This document shows, piece after piece, positions 61,904 through 64,000 of a stretch of 64,000 nucleotides of DNA. The translations under genes and the position numbers were made by a program. The stretch's first letter is position 1, and the number at the start of each line of letters is the position of its first letter. Source of the DNA: Phyllobacterium sp. (GTDB lineage Bacteria > Pseudomonadota > Alphaproteobacteria > Rhizobiales > Rhizobiaceae); the NCBI RefSeq assembly GCF_037994425.1, contig NZ_JBBNAM010000325.1, forward strand, positions 2,438-66,437, read 5' to 3'. Under the pieces are notes generated by a model, which was not told where the DNA came from, did not search any database, and saw only the letters and a list, made by a program, of their open reading frames with translations.

Positions 61904-62626
61904 TTAGGGCCGCGCTGCGGGTTTGCGCGCGCGCGTCATGAGTGTCCACCCCAGTCCCATGGACTCCTTCAGCTTGTCCAGCCGGTCGCCTATCACTGCG
62001 CGAATCGGCCGATTGAACGTTCGCGAGTTCAGAATTGCCATAACCCCCTTATTGGCTTTGGGCGTGACGGAGAAGAGGTCGACGATTTCGAATCGCTGCG
62101 AGAGAAGTGACGACAGCTCCGCCCTATCTACCCAACGGCGTAGTTGCCCCGGACTTGGCGGTGGGATGCGGTTGAACTTTTGCAAGACTGTCCGGTTCTG
62201 AGTAGCCAGCAACAAATAGCCGCCCGGACGCAAGTGACTGGCCAGCTTGGCGATGAATGCCGGCTGGTCCTCTACATGCGACAGGACTTCGAGACTAACG
62301 ATTACATCGAAACATTCGAAGCCGAAGTCGAGCTTCATGAAGTCCCCGGCAACGAATTTCACATGGGGCAGGCGCTGTTGTGCCCCTCCAAGTATCTCGT
62401 CGGACAGATCGGTACCGGTGACGCAGCCGAATTGTGAAAGTTCATCGGCGAACCAGCAGGCTCCGCACCCTACCTCGAGAATATCAAGATCTTTCCTGCC
62501 GCTCTGGGCGAGCCAAGCGCGCACGACCGCCGCTTGACGTAACGAAATCTCCTCGAGTTGTACGTGCCGAGTGGACGCGTTCCATTCGTTCCAAAAGCTT
62601 TGCTGTAACGTTATCGGGGCAACCAT
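61904..62626 (-). CDS. Class I SAM-dependent methyltransferase
   Basis: ILEVGCG, GTDLS, FDVIVSLEVLSHV, LRPGG. Confidence 0.92.
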   Translation of the reverse strand: MVAPITLQQSFWNEWNASTRHVQLEEISLRQAAVVRAWLAQSGRKDLDILEVGCGACWFADELSQFGCVTGTDLSDEILGGAQQRLPHVKFVAGDFMKLDFGFECFDVIVSLEVLSHVEDQPAFIAKLASHLRPGGYLLLATQNRTVLQKFNRIPPPSPGQLRRWVDRAELSSLLSQRFEIVDLFSVTPKANKGVMAILNSRTFNRPIRAVIGDRLDKLKESMGLGWTLMTRARKPAARP

Positions 62627-62898
62627 TGGTGTTCCTCGTCATGTCTCGACATTTCGACTGAGACTATCACTTCGAGATTTTGCCCCCGAGTCGTCCAATA
62701 GGACAACGAGGCAGCCCAAGGGCTTATTCGCGGTTATCTTTTATGGTCGCTTTCCGGATCAACGGCACGCAGCGATACCGGTTCGCCGGTATGGCGTTCC
62801 CATTCATGTGCTTCAACTAGGTCTAGGCCACTGGCGCTGATTAGCCGTGGCCGTTTGCAAAACCAGTGGGCCTAATTACCCCTGGGGACAATTACAGC

Positions 62899-62923
62899 GG
62901 AACATTCGCCGGGCGCGGTCGTT
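62899..62923 (+). promoter_or_regulatory. EcfG/RpoE2 general-stress promoter
   Basis: GGAAC-N16-CGTT about 30 nt upstream of the ATG. Confidence 0.75.
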
Positions 62924-62953
62924 ATGGTTCTATCAGTAATAGGAGCTCCCAAA

Positions 62954-63205
62954 ATGGCAATGTTTTCGAAGAATGCGGACGATATTCAGGGTGACGTCGA
63001 GGCGCAGATCGCCGCCTTGCGCAAGGAAATATCGAAAATCTCCGCAAGTCTTTCCGATTTGAGCGGCGAAAGATTTGATGAAGTCAAACGCATGGCGACC
63101 AAGCAGGCGAAATACGCAGCAGCGACCGCACGGGAAAATCCCGTGGCAACCATAGCCATCATTGCTGGAGCGGCTGTTCTTGTAGGCCTGCTCGCACGCC
63201 GTTAG
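62954..63205 (+). CDS. DUF883/ElaB-YqjD-like tail-anchored protein
   Basis: AGGAG RBS; coiled coil then ENPVATIAIIAGAAVLVGLLARR. Confidence 0.85.
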   Translation: MAMFSKNADDIQGDVEAQIAALRKEISKISASLSDLSGERFDEVKRMATKQAKYAAATARENPVATIAIIAGAAVLVGLLARR

Positions 63206-63218
63206 AAGGGATGTCGCC

Positions 63219-63530
63219 ATGGATGATATATCCGTAGAGAATGAGGCGGACAAAGCCCGGCTTAAGATGGAAATCGCCGACCTGAAGCGGGACCTTGCGG
63301 CAATTACCAAGACACTCACCGACAAGGGCGTCAGGTTACTCGACGATTTTACGGACGAAGACGAGGGTGAATCGTCGACATTTGACGAACTTCGCGAGCA
63401 TGGTCGGCGCGCCGCGATCGGTTTGGGGCATCGGGCCAGACAGATCGCCGATACGCCGACTCAGAATTCGGTTTCCACCCTTATGATCATTGCTGGACTC
63501 GGCGTCATCATCGGTATGTTGGCGCGATAA
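63219..63530 (+). CDS. Second DUF883-like tail-anchored protein
   Basis: Coiled coil then TLMIIAGLGVIIGMLAR. Confidence 0.75.
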   Translation: MDDISVENEADKARLKMEIADLKRDLAAITKTLTDKGVRLLDDFTDEDEGESSTFDELREHGRRAAIGLGHRARQIADTPTQNSVSTLMIIAGLGVIIGMLAR

Positions 63531-63630
63531 AAAATAGCGATTCTTTTTTGGAACCTTTTCGCCGCACGTGAGTTTTGCAAGTACTGGTTCCCAACCAGTA
63601 AGGCCGCACCCCACGGCCCAACCCCCAAAT

Positions 63631-63666
63631 CCCAGCTTTCATTCAAATGAAAGCTGGGTTTTTTTT
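63631..63666. terminator. Intrinsic terminator between convergent genes
   Basis: CCCAGCTTTCAT-TCAA-ATGAAAGCTGGG followed by T8. Confidence 0.9.
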
Positions 63667-63670
63667 AAGG

Positions 63671-64000
63671 TTATCTCACCTGATCGAGCAGGCGCTTGCA
63701 CTCCAAAAGGTCGAACAGCGTTTCCTGCAGGAGCGTCCTGTTGTCCTTCGAAAGGCGTTTTCCATCGGCGGTGACCGGACCCTCATCGTCGCCTTGGATC
63801 AAGCCAAAGAGGCGTCGTCCGTGGGCAGCCTGCTTTGGCGTTCCCATGACCGCCGCTTCCTCGGCGGCATCGGCGCGACTTTGCTCGGCGGCGAGCGCTT
63901 CCTCCTGGCGGGCGTTTGCCTGCTTCTGCTGGCTGATCGCTTCGGCGGCCGCGCTGTCGCCACTACCGAGGGCGATGATGAATTGCGTGCCGTTTTCACG
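63671..64000 (-). CDS. 3' part of a MerR-family regulator (partial)
   Basis: Open frame from the window edge RENGTQFIIA...LQETLFDLLECKRLLDQVR*, recalled as the C-terminus of the rhizobial ihfA-linked MerR protein; not in the ORF track. Confidence 0.7.
   Translation of the reverse strand, partial: RENGTQFIIALGSGDSAAAEAISQQKQANARQEEALAAEQSRADAAEEAAVMGTPKQAAHGRRLFGLIQGDDEGPVTADGKRLSKDNRTLLQETLFDLLECKRLLDQVR

Noticed and set aside
62826-62875. Hairpin CACTGG-cGCTGATT...TTGCAA-aa-CCAGTG resembling the SAM-II 5' half
   Set aside because: It lacks the 3' GCUAAA pseudoknot strand, faces away from the methyltransferase, and lies upstream of the EcfG promoter.

Overview
GC-rich alphaproteobacterial chromosome segment; Rhizobiales is inferred from protein families and gene order. 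The core backbone runs lon-clpX-clpP, P450, cupin, metY, CoA-binding protein, enoyl-CoA hydratase, PaaI thioesterase, rplM-rpsI-speB-argC, ctaA, a unipolar-polysaccharide-like (upp) cluster, tRNA-Pro(GGG) and the 3' end of a MerR regulator. Accessory blocks interrupt it: about 19 kb between the thioesterase and rplM (IorAB-type oxidoreductase, two class III cyclases, exported ankyrin, YHS and HAD proteins, ppk2, a degenerate EF-G paralogue, a broken LuxR-TolB_N-TPR gene), an APH(6)-like kinase plus a broken MFS gene, an mscS gene, a bcsN-A-B-Z-K cellulose operon and a UvrD-like helicase with a LexA box. I saw no CRISPR array, rRNA, transposase or integrase. The best leads, all read by eye and unverified computationally, are: (1) a highly structured candidate RNA with its own promoter upstream of mscS; (2) a candidate trans-envelope cAMP module; (3) ppk2 next to an EF-G paralogue lacking switch I and the catalytic His, with an SD-sequestering leader; (4) four disrupted accessory genes; (5) an unlisted 31-aa membrane peptide ORF.
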